Shown here: in pieces, positions 12,903-24,952 of the stretch
How the letters are laid out: each line of letters opens with the position of its first letter
How positions within the stretch are numbered: the first letter of the stretch is position 1
Assembly (NCBI GenBank): GCA_951406725.2
Contig: OX597819.1
Span: 27,032,001-27,096,000, forward strand
DNA length: 64,000 nt
Direction of reading: 5' to 3'
Source: Octopus vulgaris
Taxonomy: Eukaryota
The notes under the pieces: generated by a model
What the model was told of the DNA's origin: nothing
Databases searched by the model: none
The model's input: the letters and a program-made list of their open reading frames with translations, nothing else
Position numbers and translations under genes: made by a program

Positions 12903-13316
12903 GACAGCGAGCTGGCAGAAACGTTAGCACGCCGGGCGAAATGCTTAGCGGTGTTTCGTCTGCCGTTACGTTGTGAGTTCAAATTCCGCCGAGGTCGACT
13001 TTGCCTTTCATCCTTTCGGGGTCGATAAATTAAGTACCAGTTAAGCACTGGGGTCGATGTAATCGACTTAATACCTATGTCTGTCCTTGTTTGTTCCCTC
13101 TGTGTTTAGCCCCTTGTGGGTAATAAAGAAATAGGTATTTCGTCTACGTTACGTTGTGAGTTCAAATTCCGCCGAGGTCGACATTGCCTTTTATCCTTTC
13201 GGGGTCGATAAATTAAGTACCAGTTACGAACTGGGGTCGATGTAATCGACTTAATACCTATGTCTGTCCTTGTTTGTTCCCTCTGTGTTTAGCTCCTTGT
13301 GGGTAATAAAGAAATA
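12903..13316 (+). mobile_element. SINE family B dimer
   Basis: Head plus two units. TSD ggtatagataactaag. Confidence 0.92.
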
Positions 13317-14791
13317 GGTATAGATAACTAAGACAGAATTAGTGTGTGTCTTTGTTAGAATTAGTGTGTGTGCTTAAACTTGTGTACAGAGCAAAAATAG
13401 AATGTCCTAATTTGTTAGGGGAGAAAATGAAAGTGTAGTTATGATTTCGTGTGTGAGTTAATGTCCGTTGTGTGAAAGAGAGAAAGAAACGCACAACATT
13501 TGTGTGACTTTGATATGCAAAAGTGTGTGTCATACAAAACATGTGTTTGTATGACACAGGAGGTGCGGGGTGATGCAAAGAATGTGTGCTGTGCGAGAGA
13601 GAGTAACAGAAAGAAATATTTATTTTAACAGGAAATATGTTGGATGAGAGATAAGTTCTGAGAGGAAAGAAGTTATCATCAATGATGATGATGATCATGA
13701 TCATGAATGAACGTGGCTGTGGTGAGGGTGTCGATGATATTGATGATGATGATGATGATGATGTATGATTGTAGTGGTGGTGTTATTGATGATGATGATG
13801 ATGATAATGATGGTGATAATGGTGGTGGTGGTGGTGGTGGCGGCGGCGACGGCGGCAATGATGATGATGTTAAGAGATGTTGATTATGGTATGCTTGGAA
13901 ATGTTGATGGCGGTGATAATGATGCGGTGATAGTGGTCGGAGTAGCAGTACTGTGCGGTGATCCGTGTTGGCGACCAAACGAAAGACCACCCCGGTCGCC
14001 ATAATAGGAAAAAGCAGAGAAAAGCCAGATTTTGAGTTTCTTTTTTTTTTTTTTTCTAAAAAGATTTCGAACGAAGTTAACGATAGCATCAACAGCTTCA
14101 TAAGTCAAACTAAAATGGCAACTGTGACCTGTCTGGATGTGTGGCAGTTGTCCAGCGTTCAAAGACATCCAAGACTTGGCCATCCCTATTTCTTTTTCTG
14201 ATTTAAAGCATATTTAGCTGCTGCTTCTAGCAAGTCGACCGATCACATAGAGGCTCCCTTAATTGGTTGGTTAGAGTATGGAGAATGATTCTGGGGGATC
14301 AAACGGTAAGAGATATATAATTACTGGGAGCAGGGGATGTGGGTGAGGAAGGATCCACGCTAATAACGCTGGAAGCAGGGAAAAAGAAAACGAAAAATAT
14401 AATTAGAAAAAAAAATAATAACCGGTGGAGTGGGAATATACTGAAACGTGATTGTTCATACACAGATTATGTATCCTCCGTCAAATTCGACGATGAGCAT
14501 TCAGCTGTTTTCATCATAAGGTTTAGTTCGGGTCTGAGCTACAGAGGTTTATTTAGTTCGGCTCTTGCTCACAAGATTTAGTTTGGCCTTATCAAGCTCA
14601 GTGAATTTGCTATGCATTTGGTTTTCTCACTGGCTGTTGCTGGGATGTTCGTCTCCCTCCGATATATTTTATTTTTAAACACAGTTCCTCCATTAGAGAT
14701 TTATCTCTGCACGAATACTGTAGCAAATTTATTTACCTTTCAACAATATATTTTCACTTATACTGCATCTATTGTATACAAAGGAGATACA

Positions 14792-14829
<38 letters not shown>

Positions 14830-15694
14830 CTGGATTCAGTCCCATTGTACGGCATCTTGGACATGGACTTTCTGCGGGCCGACCAATGCCTTCCTTATGA
14901 CAAATTTAGTTGGTGGAAACCGCACAGAAAATCATTGTTTGTCTGTCATCGTTTGACAGCCAGCATTAGCTTTCTTGCGTTCGCATAACGTAACGATTCG
15001 ACAAAAGTCACCGATATAATAAGGACCAAGCTTTAAAAAGAAATGAAACTGCTATTGATTAACTTGACTAAACTCTTTAAGGCGGTGCCCATCATGACTG
15101 CATTCTTAGTAACTAAAATTAGTAAATGAATAAAAAAAGAGTGTGTGTGTGTGTGGACGAACGAATGTATTGGCTGAGAAAACATGTATAGCTGAGTGGT
15201 TTAAGAAGTTTACTTCTCTTTTGCGAATTTCCGGGTTCGATCCCACTGTATGATGTCTTGGTGCAGTTATGTTTTATACTGTAGCTCAGAGCCGAACTAA
15301 ATTTTGTGAGCAAGACTCGAACTAAACCTCTGTAGCTCAGAACCGAACTAAACCTTGTGAGCAAAACAGGGTAGACAGTAATTCTGAGGGAGCCTGTCGG
15401 GTGGATTGTACCAAGAATTCAAAGGACATATATTATTGATGATACAGGTCGTGAATTACGTTATTGTACCTAGCTACTTGCACGCTAATTTGAGAAGTTG
15501 GTCGATCGGTTGATCAAACAGCTACATGCTCATCGTCGAAATAGACGGAGAATGCATAGTCCGTGTATGAACAATCTCATCTCAGTATATTCCCACTCTA
15601 ACCGTTGTTTTTCTTCTGATTTCGTCTTTATCCCTACTTCCAGCGTTATTGGTGTGAACCCTTCCTAACCCATATGCCCCGTTCCCACTAATTG

Positions 15695-16027
15695 GTGTGT
15701 ACTTACAATCAACGACATGAGTAGATGGGATTTGTCGCTAGTATTGCGAATAGCCAGCGGGTTGAATAAAAATCAGTTATGTGGGATAAAAGCTGTATTA
15801 AATTACAATAGCCATCTATGTATCATACTCAATGTATATATAGTGTTTTTTAAGCATATTAAGTCCATAAGAGATGCTATATCCGGACGAATAACCGTAG
15901 CGACCTTGTCTTTTAGCAGAGTCTTAGTTTAATACAGCTATTTCGTATAACGGATTTTTATTCAGCTCGACGGCTCTTCCCCTACATATATGAGCAAGAA
16001 TAGCTATATCAAACACCATAGTACACA
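15695..16027. mobile_element. Old MITE-like element with long imperfect inverted repeats
   Basis: gtgtact / agtacac termini. tgaataaaaatcagttatg..agctgtattaaatta versus tagtttaatacagct..ataacggatttttattca. Confidence 0.55.
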
Positions 16028-16049
16028 TACACTATATATATATATATGA

Positions 16050-16130
16050 GGCTCCGATGAAGCTATAAGGTGTTACTCAGGCTCTCAACTATGAGTCCAC
16101 TGCATCATACAGCAGAAACAGCTGTAAGCT
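16050..16130 (+). ncRNA. Type I hammerhead ribozyme-like motif (CCGAUGA core variant, long helix II) in a (TA)n-flanked insert
   Basis: GGCU-CCGAUGA-[helix II ~54 nt]-GAA-ACAGCUGU-A-AGCU. Helix III is palindromic. Confidence 0.6.
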
Positions 16131-16171
16131 AATGGAGTTCATAAGATAATCATTTATTCCTTTGTCATCTC

Positions 16172-16218
<47 letters not shown>

Positions 16219-17019
16219 CGGAGATGTACTCGCATAGCAAGTGATTTGATCTGAGATCGTGTGCTGGAACGAAAACAATTGCAGCGTGGAAGGTGTTTGT
16301 AAGCCATTTAAGAAACATATATATAATATAGAAAGATAGATATATTCAATGCGCGCTATTCTCACACCTCACGCTCATAATTGGTATTTCTTTAAAAAAG
16401 TAAAGCTTGGGAGATATGGATAAGTCCATTTGTGATGTACTAAAAGCAACTGCTAATTGACAGTGGGGGGGGGGGGGCTGGGTAATAAAACGAGATAGGA
16501 GAAGTAAATTTATCTTCCTCCTCCAATTTCTCTCTCCTTCACACACACACAAGTACAAACGTACACAACATAAAATGGCAGTAAAAGTGAAGTGACAGTT
16601 CTTTGGAATATGTCCATTACCGTTTCTCTAAATGAATAATAAAAAAAAATCGTTTACTGAGTGGGTGGCTCTGATTGTAGAGAGCCGCTAAAGAAGATTG
16701 TCCACACACACTACCCGTTCACAATCCGCCGCTGTCCCCTGCTCGTCACCTGGCAAATTTAGATTGTGACAGGAGCGGGGCGACAGAGTTATTGTGTTCT
16801 GACAATATTGCACACAGGAATGAGGAGTGGGTAGAATTTGACGGATCCTCCGTCGTCCTCGACGATGAACATTCGGTGGTTCGTTCGAGTGGATTTCTGT
16901 TCGTGGAACTAACGCATGAGTAGAACTAGCACACGTATGCCTTTATCGTGACTCCCATGGGGTTGGGAAGCAAAATACTTACCATACAACCACGTGTACC
17001 CCTACATACATATGTGGAT

Positions 17020-17682
17020 CAGTGTTTCGCTACTATTTTTTTGCTAATGGACTCCTTTCATTCTGATTTTACGCAGATGGACCCTCATAGCCACTCGATG
17101 TTTAAAAATTCAGGCGCAGGAGTGGCTGCGTGATAAGTAGCTTCCTTACCAACCACATGGTTCCGGGTTCAGTCCCACTGCATGGCACCTTGGGCAAGTG
17201 TCTTCTGGTATAGCCTCGGGCCGACCAAAGCCTTGTGAGTGGATTTGGTAGACGGAAACGGAAAGAAGCCCGTCGTATATATGTATATATATATATATGT
17301 GTGTGTGCGTGTATGTTTGTGTGTTGTGTTTGTCCCCCTAGCATTGCTTGACAACCGACGCTGGTGTGTTTATGTCCCCGTCACTTAGCGGTTCGGCAAA
17401 AGAGACCGATAGAATAAGTACTGGGCTTACAAAGAATAGTCCCGAGGTCGAGTTGCTCAACTAAAGGCGGTGCTCCAGCATGGCCGCAGTCAACTGACTG
17501 AAACAAGTAAAAGAGTAAAGAGTAAAAGAGTATATTTTTAGAATTAGATATTATAATAAAAAAGAATTCTTACAATATTTTGTGTACCGTAGAAGTATAA
17601 CCAGTTTATTGCAGATATATTTTGACAACAAAATTTTATATGGACCCACCAAAGGTCATAAGGACCCTGGATGAGAACCGCT
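17020..17682. mobile_element. Degenerate hAT (Charlie-like) MITE interrupted by a SINE A copy
   Basis: Ends cagtgtttcgctac / gatgagaaccgctg resemble CAGTGGTTCTCAAC-type TIRs. Confidence 0.45.
17113..17530 (+). mobile_element. SINE family A, young full-length copy
   Basis: ggcgcaggagtggctgcgtgataag...gggttcagtccc...(TA)(TG)...ggcggtgctccagcatggccgcagtcaactgactgaaac followed by an (agtaaaag)-type tail. Confidence 0.92.
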
Positions 17683-17683
17683 G

Positions 17684-17716
<33 letters not shown>

Positions 17717-17759
17717 CATACATACATACATACATACATACATGCATGCATACACCCGC

Positions 17760-17922
17760 ATACGACGAACTTCCTTCAGTTTCCGTCTACCAAATTCACT
17801 CACCAGGCTTTGGTCGGTTCGACGCTATAGCGGTCGACTCTTGCCCAAGTTTCTACACAGTAGGATTGAACCCGTAACCATGTTGCCGAGAACCGAAATT
17901 CTAACCACACAGCCATCCCAGC
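17760..17922 (-). mobile_element. SINE family A, 5' half
   Basis: Reverse complement of the A head. Confidence 0.8.
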
Positions 17923-17992
17923 GCCGACATATTGGAAATAGAAATGTTTGTGGTATTAGTGGTGATATTGCTGGTATACTGTTGTGACGGTT

Positions 17993-18027
<35 letters not shown>

Positions 18028-18259
18028 GTTCGTACTTTGTGCGTAATAGGTATGTTGGGGGGTTAGGTGTGGTACTGAAAACGGTTGGGAAAGCAATAGT
18101 TTTTATAGGATTAATGGTGGCATTAGTAGCAATGTGTTAAAGATGGTGTCAAGATAGAACTTGCTTAAGATATGGGCTGGCATGTATTAAAATGTAAATG
18201 TTTGCATAGGGTTATGCTTTACACTAGCACTACGAAGTACACGCCACACACACTCGCAC

Positions 18260-18303
<44 letters not shown>

Positions 18304-18439
18304 GTATGTATTATAAAGGAAGTTGAGCGTACACGTTTTTATTTCATTAAATATGTTTTTGTTTCGTTTTATATATACTTAATGCATATTTTCATGGTGG
18401 TTCTGATTTTTCTTTTCCTTTTTAATAAGGTTGTTAATG

Positions 18440-18479
<40 letters not shown>

Positions 18480-18664
18480 GATTTTCACATTCCCAAAATA
18501 TTTCTTCATAACTCCCACATCATCTGCTTTGACAACATAAGGTAGGCGCGCGCTTGTGCGCTAGCTTTTGAAGTGACCTAGTTAGTATGGTTAGTTGACA
18601 GAAAATTTAACTAAATAAATATTAAGGCATTTTGTATTGGTCAACTGCTATGCAAATCTGTACG

Positions 18665-20992
18665 TTAAGGTACATACAGTGGTGATGTACTCAATACGGT
18701 ACATACATTGGTGATGTACTCATTAAGGTATATAGTGGTGATGTACTCATTAAGGTACATACATTGGTGATGTACTCATTAAGGTACATATATTGGTGAT
18801 GTACTCATTAAGGTACATACAGTGGTGATGTACTCATTAAGGTACATACAGTGGTGATGTACTCATTAAGGTACATACAGTGGTGATGTACTCATTAAGG
18901 TATATACAGTGGTGATGTACTCATTAAGGTACATACATTGGTGATGTACTCATTAAGGTACATATATTGGTGATGTACTCATTAAGGTACATACAGTGGT
19001 GATGTACTCATTAAGGTACATACAGTGGTGATGTACTCATTAAGGTACATACAGTGGTGATGTACTCATTAAGGTATATACAGTGGTGATGTACTCATTA
19101 AGGTACATACAGTGGTGATGTACTCATTAAAGTATATACAGTGGTGATGTACTCATTAAGGTACATACAGTGGTGATGTACTCATTAAGGTATATACAGT
19201 GGTGATGTACTCATTAAGGTATATACAGTGGTGATGTACTCATTAAGGTACATATATTGGTGATGTACTCATTAAGGTACATACAGTGGTGATGTACTCA
19301 TTAAGGTACATACAGTGGTGATGTACTCATTAAGGTACATACAGTGGTGATGTACTCATTAAGTATGTACTCATTAAGGTATATACAGTGGTGATGTACT
19401 CATTAAGGTACATACAGTGGTGATGTACTCATTAAGGTATATACAGTGGTGATGTACTCATTAAGGTATATACAGTGGTGATGTACTCATTAAGGTACAT
19501 ATATTGGTGATGTACTCATTAAGGTACATACAGTGGTGATGTACTCATTAAGGTACATACAGTGGTGATGTACTCATTAAGGTACATACAGTGGTGATGT
19601 ACTCATTAAGGTACATACAGTGGTGATGTACTCATTAAGGTACATACAGTGGTGATGTACTCATTAAGGTATATACAGTGGTGATGTACTCATTAAGGTA
19701 CATACAGTGGTGATGTACTCATTAAGGTATATACAGTGGTGATGTACTCATTAAGGTATATACAGTGGTGATGTACTCATTAAGGTACATATATTGGTGA
19801 TGTACTCATTAAGGTACATATATTGGTGATGTACTCATTAAGGTACATACAGTGGTGATGTACTCATTAAGGTACATACAGTGGTGATGTACTCATTAAG
19901 GTACATACAGTGGTGATGTACTCATTAAGGTACATACAGTGGTGATGTACTCATTAAGGTACATACAGTGGTGATGTACTCATTAAGGTATATACATGGT
20001 GATGTACTCATTAAGGTACATACAGTGGTGATGTACTCATTAAGGTACATACAGTGGTGATGTACTCATTAAGGTATATACATTGGTGATGTACTCATTA
20101 AGGTACATACAGTGGTGATGTACTCATTAAGGTATATACAGTGGTGATGTACTCATTACAGGTATAGGTATGTACATACAGTGGTGATGTACTCATTAAG
20201 GTACATACAGTGGTGATGTACTCATTAAGGTATACATATACAGTGGTGATGTACTCATTAAGGTACATACAGTGGTGATGTACTCATTAAGGTATATACA
20301 GTGGTGATGTACTCATTAAGGTACATACAGTGGTGATGTACTCATTAAGGTGCATATATTGGTGATGTACTCATTAAGGTGCATACAGTGGTGATGTACT
20401 CATTAAGGTGCATACAGTGGTGATGTACTCATTAAGGTGCATACAGTGGTGATGTACTCATTAAGGTACATACAGTGGTGATGTACTCATTAAGGTATAT
20501 ACAGTGGTGATGTACTCATTAAGGTACATACAGTGGTGATGTACTCATTAAGGTACATACAGTGGTGATGTACTCATTAAGGTACATACAGTGGTGATGT
20601 ACTCATTAAGGTACATATATTGGTGATGTACTCATTAAGGTACATACAGTGGTGATGTACTCATTAAGGTACATACAGTGGTGATGTACTCATTAAGGTA
20701 CATACAGTGGTGATGTACTCATTAAGGTATATACAGTGGTGATGTACTCATTAAGGTACATACAGTGGTGATGTACTCATTAAGGTACATACAGTGGTGA
20801 TGTACTCATTAAGGTACATACAGTGGTGATGTACTCATTAAGGTACATACAGTGGTGATGTACTCATTAAGGTACATACAGTGGTGATGTACTCATTAAG
20901 GTACATACAGTGGTGATGTACTCATTAAGGTATATACAGTGGTGATGTACTCATTAAGGTACATACAGTGGTGATGTACTCAATACGGTATA
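18665..20992. repeat. 29-bp tandem satellite/minisatellite, about 80 copies
   Basis: Unit GGTACATACAGTGGTGATGTACTCATTAA with a few recurrent variants. No spacers. Confidence 0.97.
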
Positions 20993-20999
20993 CAACGTC

Positions 21000-21470
21000 G
21001 CAGTCAAGTCTGTGTGGTAAGAAGTTTGCTTCCCAACCACATGGTTCCGGGTTCAGTTCCACTTCGTGGCACCTTGGACTAACGACATTACCTGCATGGG
21101 TGCACATGACGTGCAACATGTCATGATGAAACGATCGCAGCGCAACGTGAAATGAAGTGTTTTGCTCAAGAATACAACGCAGAGCTCTGTCTGGGAATCG
21201 AAACCGCGGTCTTGCACTGAGCCATGCATCTTACACACACACACACACACACACACATGCATATTTTTGTCCTTCCCATCACCATTTGAGTTGACAACCG
21301 GTGTTGGTTCGTTTACGTCCTGTAACATGGCAGTTCGGCCATAGAGGCCGGTAGAATAAGTTCTAGTCTTAAAAAAACAAATACTGGAGTCAATTTTTCC
21401 TGCTAAACCCTTTCATGAGGTGCCCCGACATAGCCACAATACAATGAAAGAAACAGGTAGAAGAAAGACA
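21000..21470 (+). mobile_element. Degenerate SINE A with an inverted SINE C fragment inside
   Basis: A head at 21000-21075, reverse C-type segment (caacgtgaaatgaagtgttttgctcaag) at ~21080-21230, then A 3' half to 21470. Confidence 0.7.
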
Positions 21471-21639
21471 AAAAAATAACTGCACAATTGTTAGCAGTTC
21501 TGTAAGGGGAGATAATTTCAAGAAATTAAGAATGAATCTCTCAACATACTTCGCTTGTTTATGGAAAGTGTAGTGAAAAAAACAACAACTTTCATCTCCT
21601 AAGCAACAGGACAACGATGGAGTCTCCTCGTACCCACTC

Positions 21640-21790
21640 GACTGGTTAGAAATAGCAACCAAGTCTTCCTCAAGTCACATCCCACACTTTAGAATATCTT
21701 GAAGGAAGCATTAGCTGAGATAGTTTTAGGTACATAGTCTGAAAGAAAAAGATGGTGTAGCCACGGCTGGAACGCCTTTTACAAAAGGTT
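21640..21790 (+). repeat. Representative copy of an ancient dispersed repeat (TAGAAATAGCAGCCAAAT motif), with further copies near 1550(-), 6200, 10950, 11270, 14215(-), 31295(-), 35815, 37885, 41115
   Basis: Recurrent motif tagaaatagcagccaaatYtccctcaaatcaca, often followed by ggtcacggctggaacgcctt. Confidence 0.65.
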
Positions 21791-21840
21791 CACCCAATTT
21801 GGTGCGTTAGTTACCTCTAAGTTTCACCGGTGATGGTTTA

Positions 21841-21873
<33 letters not shown>

Positions 21874-21901
21874 TTATATAACAAAACAGGAATCTGTATT
21901 T

Positions 21902-21946
<45 letters not shown>

Positions 21947-22473
21947 ATTATTCTCCATTGCACACGTTTCATTTGCTAACCGGAATCACAAAATTGTATA
22001 TGTTGGATAAGCGAAAGAAACTTTATATTAGAAATTCTTGAGAGAGCACATACATACATACATGCATAGAGCCGGGAGTAGATAGCTGTGTGGTTAAGGA
22101 ATACGCTTCGCAACCACGTTGTTTCGAGGTCAGTCTCACTGCTAGCAAATGTCTTCTACTACAGCACTGAGTCAACAATCGAGTGTGTATTTGGTGAACG
22201 GAAATCGTGTGTGTGTTCGCGATCGCGAGTCATTGTATTTGTCCCCACACCACTTCCTGACAACTGGTATTGGTTTGTTTACGTCCGCGTAACTTAGCGG
22301 TTTGACAAATTGTTAGACTTTAAAAGATAATAACTGCATGGCCACAGTTCTCGGATTGAAACAAGTACAATAGTAAAAATATACATAACAGAACGGAGAG
22401 TTACATATGCGGTTGTGACATTTTATCATGTAGCATATGCTTCTACGGTACATTTGTGGTTTCATACTTTTAT

Positions 22474-22710
22474 ATAGAATGGTTGTATACTGTCAATCTA
22501 ACAAAAACGTGACAGTAGGGGGTACACCACCGCTGTATAGCCCTAGGAAGCATCGAACGCCTCCTGATAGCTTTGACACATTTTTAAGGACACAGGGAAA
22601 AAATGTGTCAAAGCTATCAGGAGGCGTTCGATGCTTCCTAGGGCTATACAGCGGTGGTGTACCCCCTACTGTCACGTTCTTGTTAGATTGACAGTATACA
22701 ACCATTCTAT
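22474..22710. repeat. Near-perfect palindrome, 112-bp arms and 13-nt loop
   Basis: Arms 22474-22585 and 22599-22710, one mismatch seen. Confidence 0.95.
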
Positions 22711-23081
22711 CGCCCCACCACCGTACATGTCTCTACGAGAGATTTAGAAATTCAATATTTCCTACTTTTATACAATTTTATTGCTAAGGCTCATGTACAA
22801 ACATCAAGCTTTACATAATGTACATGCAATTACCAAACATTCCAACAGTCAGCGTGAACTAGTTGAAGTTTAGTTAAAAGTGGGCCACGAGCAAAACAAA
22901 TACATTGAGAACCACTGATGTTGATGATAGACATAAACATTAACCACTTAACTACAACTTAGAGAAGTAAATTAATTGATTAACCAAAGAGTAAACTCCT
23001 TTGTGGTCATACAAACTTACGTCAGAAATTTAACGTCTAAAAGGTATAAACTCAATACGATTATGTAGATTTATACTCATA

Positions 23082-23428
23082 CTAGCAGTATCGCCCGGCG
23101 TTGCTCGGATTTGTAAGGGAAATAACTATATAAGCATTTTTAGAGAGTTATAGCCAAAAAATAGCAAAAAAATGCATTAAAAATGGAAAAAAAATGATGG
23201 TAATTTTTTATAAAAATCGTTGACTCATCGTAGTCATTTTTAGAGAGTTACTTCCCTTATATGATAGCGTAGACTCATCGTAGACGCGCGCTAATACCCA
23301 GAAGGGCTCGATATGAATCACGACTATAAGATACCCGGTTTTGGTTAAACTGCACCGCAAAATGTGGGAGTAGTTAGGAATCTAAATCGTAGAAGACAGA
23401 CACACAACTTCACTTTTATATATAAAGA
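23082..23428 (-). mobile_element. Non-autonomous Helitron
   Basis: On the minus strand it reads A|TC...ccgagcaacgccggg hairpin...CTAG|T. Inserted between A and T with no TSD. Confidence 0.8.
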
Positions 23429-23792
23429 TTACACCTAAAACGACAAAGTGGTTACGGCTGGATTGCCTTCAATCATAGATTTGTTCGATAGAAGCTGATC
23501 AGAAGCCAAACAGTAGCATGAACTGATTTACACAGTCAACTGGATATGACTGAATTAAAGTGAGTGATTGATATATCTACGAAGGTATTTTGGCAGAATC
23601 GGTAAATCAAATTCTGTGTGTGTATGTTTGTGTGTGTATGTTTGTGTGTGTGTGTGTGTGTGTGAGAGCAAAAATGGATTTCTTCATTTCTAAAGTTGTA
23701 GAATGAACTTTACAGTACGAAACAGTACTACAGCATGTATAAAGCAAATAAAAAAGGTATTCAATATACCACCAGTGTGAGATTTAACAGCG

Positions 23793-24340
23793 AACCTTGA
23801 AGCAATCCAGAGAAGATTCACAAAGAAGATCGTCTCTTTGCAACAGCTCAGCTACTGGGAAAGGTTGAAACAGCTAGGACTCTACTCCCTAGAGAGAAGA
23901 CGGGAGAGGTATGCAGTAATATATATCTGGAAGATACTGGAAGGAATTGGGCCAAATTTTGGCATTGAAAGCTACACCAATGCCAGAACGGGACGACACT
24001 GCATGGTGCCAAAGATCCCAGCAATGCCATCACGCTTCAGGACCCGCTACTGCAACAGCCTGGGTTTCAAGGGCCCACAGCTTTTTAATATTCTCCCAAA
24101 GAGTCTGAGGAACTTGCACAAAGTAGATGTAGGAGTTTTTAAATCTAAGCTGGACCTCTTCCTGTCGAGAGTCCCAGATGAACCTACTTCACGGCAAGAG
24201 GTGCAAATGAGGGTAGCTATATCAAACTCCATTCTTCATCAAGTGCCACTTATTAGAGGAGGCTCCTAGTAATAACAGTGTAGCGCAAAACGGCAGTGCA
24301 TCAGCATGGCCGCAGCTCTGAGCTGAAACTAGAAAAAAAA
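23793..24340 (+). mobile_element. 5'-truncated CR1/L2-group LINE (ORF2 C-terminus plus 3' tail)
   Basis: LEAIQRRFTKKI..LSYWERLKQLGLYSLERRRER...GPQLFNILP..LRN...FKSKLDLFLSRVPDEP, with an intact stop at 24269 and an A-rich end. Confidence 0.9.
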
Positions 24341-24644
24341 GATATTTTTAAAAGTAGTGGGCGGCTTTTGACTGGTCGTGCGATGGAAGCCTTTTTTAAT
24401 GAAGTCAGACTGTGATTCTGTTTTGAAATTGACCACCCGAAATTTTAACATATGCTGACAAGCTGAGATGAGCTCTGATTTTTTTTTTTTTTTTTTTACC
24501 ATTGGTGTGGAATGGCGAATGTTATGGAGCTTCTCCTTTAGACAGTGGCCACAAAACTTAGATTCCTAATTGCTGGTTCTCTGACTAGATATGAGATGTT
24601 CATATTCGTTCTTGCACCCTTTGATTTAGAAATGTTTTTGTGAA

Positions 24645-24952
24645 GTGCTTAGTGGTTAGGGTAATCGGCTCACGGTTGTAATCATGAGTTCGATTCCTGG
24701 CGACGCATTTTGTACTTGAGTAAGACGCTTTATTTCACGTTGCCCCTGTCCACTAAGTTGGCAAAATGAGTAGTACCTGTAATTCAAAAAGCCTGCCTTG
24801 TCACATTCTGTGTCACGCTGAATCTCCCTGAGAATTTCGTAAAGGGTACGCGTGTCAGTGGAGTGCTCAGCCACATGCACATCAATTTCACGAGCTAGCT
24901 GCTCCGTTGATCAGATCAACTGGAACCCTCGTCGTAACCGGTGGAGTGCCAG
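24645..24952 (+). mobile_element. SINE family C copy (CORE-like segment)
   Basis: ttagtggttaggg..gagttcgattcc..ttgagtaagacgctttatttcacgttgc...ccctcgtcgtaacc. Confidence 0.8.

Noticed and set aside
16217-16316. TA-flanked insert with CTGAGA...GAAAACAATTGC resembling a hammerhead
   Set aside because: The core lacks a base, there is no U at the cleavage triplet, and helix I does not pair.
18665-20992. CRISPR-like array (29-bp repeat with internal palindrome)
   Set aside because: The units are contiguous with no unique spacers, there are no cas genes, and the context is eukaryotic.
22437-22705. Identical-start ORFs on both strands
   Set aside because: This is a consequence of the palindrome, with no protein homology recognised.
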